A DNA stretch of 57,427 bases, from positions 29,843 to 87,269 of the forward strand of contig JAQGDQ010000853.1 in assembly GCA_030141605.1 (NCBI GenBank). Reading direction: 5' to 3'. Shown here in pieces: positions 54,051 to 57,427 of this stretch; positions within the stretch are counted from its first letter, which is position 1, and the number at the start of each line of letters is the position of its first letter. The stretch comes from Tubiluchus corallicola. Lineage: Eukaryota; Animalia; Priapulida. Below the pieces are notes generated by a model that saw only the letters and a list, made by a program, of their open reading frames with translations, did not search any database and was not told the origin of the DNA. Made by a program: the position numbers and the translations under genes.

Positions 54051-55065
54051 TGCTATAACAGGTATAACGTACTAGTTTACAGACATTAATTTAGTTAATT
54101 AACATTAACATTTGTAATTAAGTATCGGTTACACAGCGATTATAAAATGGAACTTCATGATGCGCAATATCAAGACCGCCATGCCATCTTGGAGTTCGAC
54201 CACAATTTTTTCACAATTTTAAACAAGTGGGAATTACAATTAGTGCTGGATTTAATCTCTGTGTCACATTCACGTGCTGTCGTGCTGTTGGTTTATGTAG
54301 AAATTGTTCAAAATCTCAAGATAACAGAGGCCTTGTACATTATGAAGCCCTGCAAAATTCTTAGCAGGCAACTGTGATTGGTGGTACCTTATTGCGTTCT
54401 ATCCGTTTCTGTGTTTTGAAATTTATTTTGACTGTATTCCTCAGGATCTGTAGCGGTCCTGGTGGATTTAGTCTCTGAGTCATATTCACATTGACATGCT
54501 GTATCTCATTTTGTAGTTCTTATTGTTGTAAATTGTGCAAAATGTCATAACGGAAGTGGTGCTGACAAGCCACTGCTTTAATTATTGTTTTCTATTTTTC
54601 GTCAGTTTGTTATGCACTCCATCCTTCACGAAAATGCAGTCCAGTCCACTCCAGTCCAGTCCAGTCCAGTCCAGACCAGACCAGTCCAATAGTTTCATAT
54701 GTGAACAAATATTGTTTTTATCAACATTGTTGACACCATTCATATATTGTCACATTACATATAAAATTTGTTGTAAAAATGTAACTCTTGGACGCAGCTG
54801 TCTTCGTACTGACATTGATAATTAGGGGAGAGTGGGGCAAGTTTTACAATGTCTATATAACGTCAGCATTAATCAATTAAGCCAATCAATTAATGTTACA
54901 GTAAATCGATGTACCTTGCTGTTGGTAGTCTGTGTTTAACCACTTAACCTTTGCTTATGTAAGAATAGATGTGTGGCAGTCCATCTCACATGGTAACTGT
55001 AGCTCACTCAGTACGGTAACCTGTCTCACACATACGTCTCGTCTCACTCAGTACGGTAACCTGTC

Positions 55066-55412
55066 TCACACATATGTCCCTTCTCACACATACGTCCCGT
55101 CTCACACATACGTCCCGTCTCACACATACGTCCCGTCTCACACACACATCCCGTCTCACACATACGTCCCGTCTCACACATACGTCCCGTCTCACACATA
55201 CGTCCCGTCTCACACACACATCCCGTCTCACACACACGTCCCGTCTCACACACACGTCCCGTCTCACACACACGTCCCGTCTCACACATACATCCCGTCT
55301 CACACACACGTCCCGTCTCACAACTACATCCCGTCTCACACATACGTCCCGTCTCACACACACGTCACGTCTCACAACTACATCCCGTCTCACACATACG
55401 TCCCGTCTCACA
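55066..55412. repeat. 18-bp minisatellite, ~19 copies
   Basis: cacacatacgtcccgtct, ending ~130 bp before the Shaw exon-2 acceptor. Confidence 0.95.
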
Positions 55413-55545
55413 GACACTTCCAATGTATAATTTGTGCTGCGAAATTAACTCGCTAAATTAACCTGTTAAATTTTCTGCTAATCAATATCATTTCTATCAG
55501 CTGTTCTTATAAATGAAGTATTGCTGTTTTCCTCCTCTATTTCAG

Positions 55546-56472
55546 GTGGTGGCGGGGATGTCAGTCCTCTTCATTGTCATCTCAATACTCAGCTTTTGTT
55601 TGAAAACTCACCAAGACATGCGCGTTCCGGACATCAAGAACGTTACCGTGAAAATAAACGAGACGTTCCTAGTGTGGACGTTGGACAAACAGAACACGGA
55701 AGCGCATCCTGCGTTCTTCTACGTGGAGGCTTGCTGCAACGCCTGGTTTACGTTCGAGATCATCATCCGTTTCATCGTCAGCCCCAGCAAGTTTGACTTC
55801 ATCCGCGCGCCCGTCAACATCATCGACTTCATCGCCACTCTGTCGTTCTACATCGATTTCATGTTGAACAAGTTGGACATTGGCGAAAATGCGGACATTT
55901 TAGAATTCTTCAGTATAATACGTATACTTCGGTTATTCAAACTGACCAGGCATTCGCCAGGATTGAAGATTCTTATACATACGTTCAAAGCTAGTGCAAA
56001 AGAGCTTACTTTACTCGTCTTCTTTCTAGTCTTAGGTATTGTGATATTTGCCAGTTTGGTTTATTACGCTGAGAGAATACAAGACAATCCGTACAACGAC
56101 TTTACTAGCATCCCGGTGGGTTTGTGGTGGGCTATTGTTACCATGACAACGGTAGGATACGGTGACATGTCGCCAAAGACCTATGTTGGCATGTTTGTGG
56201 GTGCCCTATGTGCTCTGGCTGGTGTACTCACGATAGCCTTACCAGTGCCTGTTATCGTGAGCAACTTCGCGATGGTGTACTCACATTCTCAAGCCAGAGC
56301 CCGATTGCCCAAAAAGAGGCGACGCGTGCTTCCAGTAGAACAGCCCCGGGCGGGCATGGGACCAGTTATAAAGACAGGACCCGGCACCCCGGGCTTTGCT
56401 ACTATGGGAAAGTTTTTTATGCCTTCCACGTGGCTTTCTTTGACGTCCAGACACCCTGCGTTCTGTTTATAA
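55546..56472 (+). CDS. Shaw: Shaw/Kv3 channel, second coding exon (S1-S6, pore, proximal C-terminus); 3' end uncertain beyond ~56407
   Basis: Acceptor cctcctctatttcag|gtg is in phase 0 with exon 1. S4 [12 protein letters not shown], pore [10 protein letters not shown]6 [10 protein letters not shown] and the Shaw motif [15 protein letters not shown] are present. The last ~20 codons lie inside a TIR element. Confidence 0.95.
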   Translation: MVAGMSVLFIVISILSFCLKTHQDMRVPDIKNVTVKINETFLVWTLDKQNTEAHPAFFYVEACCNAWFTFEIIIRFIVSPSKFDFIRAPVNIIDFIATLSFYIDFMLNKLDIGENADILEFFSIIRILRLFKLTRHSPGLKILIHTFKASAKELTLLVFFLVLGIVIFASLVYYAERIQDNPYNDFTSIPVGLWWAIVTMTTVGYGDMSPKTYVGMFVGALCALAGVLTIALPVPVIVSNFAMVYSHSQARARLPKKRRRVLPVEQPRAGMGPVIKTGPGTPGFATMGKFFMPSTWLSLTSRHPAFCL

Positions 56473-57340
56473 TCTATAGATGTTTCGACCTAGATTCACT
56501 GTCTCAGACTTTCTAGATCATACACAAAGTAAATCTAATTTGGATTTCCCCAAATTCTGTCGTTCGTTTAAATCTTTCAACATAAATATGTTTGATTTAT
56601 TTTGCTGTTTGTAGCTATTTAGGTAGAATAACAGTTTATTCTTAAAATGCATGTTTTTTCTATGACTTTTTTCTATGTATTCGCACTTTGCTGCAGTTTT
56701 TAGATTTTATTGAAATGTAGAAGAGGTCCCGACGCTGCTTCGCTTAATTGAATAACATAATAACACAAAGATAATTGTAAAGCTTTTCCGAGTTATTCTG
56801 CAAAAGGTTTTTAATATCCCTGGAGAGTTTCCGCTTTTAGGGATTATCGGGCGTTTGTTTGTGTTACAAATGAACGTCAGCCTTACCGTCTTTTGTCGGA
56901 ATATGAAGCAAAAATTTTCTTTCGCATTTGCAGGTCCATGTCATGTTTGTCCCAAAACTTCACTGTTGGCTTATATGGTGATATCCGTCTTTGCGGGGAG
57001 TTGTATTTCTGGCGTTATCGCCATATGCTGTTGTCGCCATTATGCTGTGACCTTGACCTTTGGTCTTCCTGGTCTTTAATTTCCGTATTTATGATAGGAG
57101 GACCACGCCAGATTTGGTGATATTAGCGTCAGACATTTCCAAGATTAAAACTTGGAAACAGTCATACAGCAGGCAAACAATCATATAAGCAAGCAAACTC
57201 TCAAATGAGGGAACGAGCAGTCGAACGAGCAAACGAACATGCAAACAAATAATTAAATGAGCTAGCAGACAACGAAATAAAGAAACTGACAAACAAACAT
57301 GTACACAGATGGAAGCAACGTGGAAGGCATAAAAAACTTT
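56409..57340. mobile_element. ~930-bp TIR-bounded non-autonomous element overlapping the end of the Shaw ORF
   Basis: Perfect 23-bp inverted repeat aaagttttttatgccttccacgt (56409-56431) / acgtggaaggcataaaaaacttt (57318-57340); internal tgaccttgaccttt motif and degenerate (CAAA)n. Confidence 0.65.
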
Positions 57341-57427
57341 TCCTATAAAAACATTCATGGTGTTATAGCAAAACGCTTGTATCCAAAGACTCGGGAACAT
57401 GTGTTGAAACACTGGTAAAGCTATAGA

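Noticed and set aside
55513-55545. ORF-track start [11 protein letters not shown] for the channel
   Set aside because: Intronic polypyrimidine tract; the real exon starts at 55546

Overview
Repeat-rich, AT-rich animal (probably invertebrate) genomic DNA; nothing here looks prokaryotic. The only convincing gene is a Shaw/Kv3 voltage-gated K+ channel on the + strand. Its T1-domain exon (41343-41849) splices in phase 0 across a 13.7 kb intron to an S1-S6 exon starting at 55546. Almost all other ORFs in the track are translations of tandem repeats. A large part of the window is micro/minisatellite and satellite DNA (units of 5, 18, 34, 35, 42, 43, 45, 47, 51, 80, 91, 105 and ~118 bp), and several arrays visibly grew out of mobile-element parts. 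Most notable observations: (1) a Penelope-like pseudo-LTR family with minimal hammerhead-ribozyme cores, found in inverted and tandem arrangements, whose internal 80-bp unit has 3 copies at one site and ~48 at another; (2) both splice sites of the Shaw T1 exon are duplicated; (3) a 5S-rRNA-headed, RTE-like SINE with a 12-bp target-site duplication; (4) a TIR element that appears to supply the Shaw stop codon; (5) an antisense C-type lectin pseudo-exon inside the Shaw intron; (6) a hAT-type MITE whose left terminus has become a minisatellite. All calls were made by eye. Repeat boundaries and copy numbers are approximate, and family names come from recalled hallmarks, not database searches.
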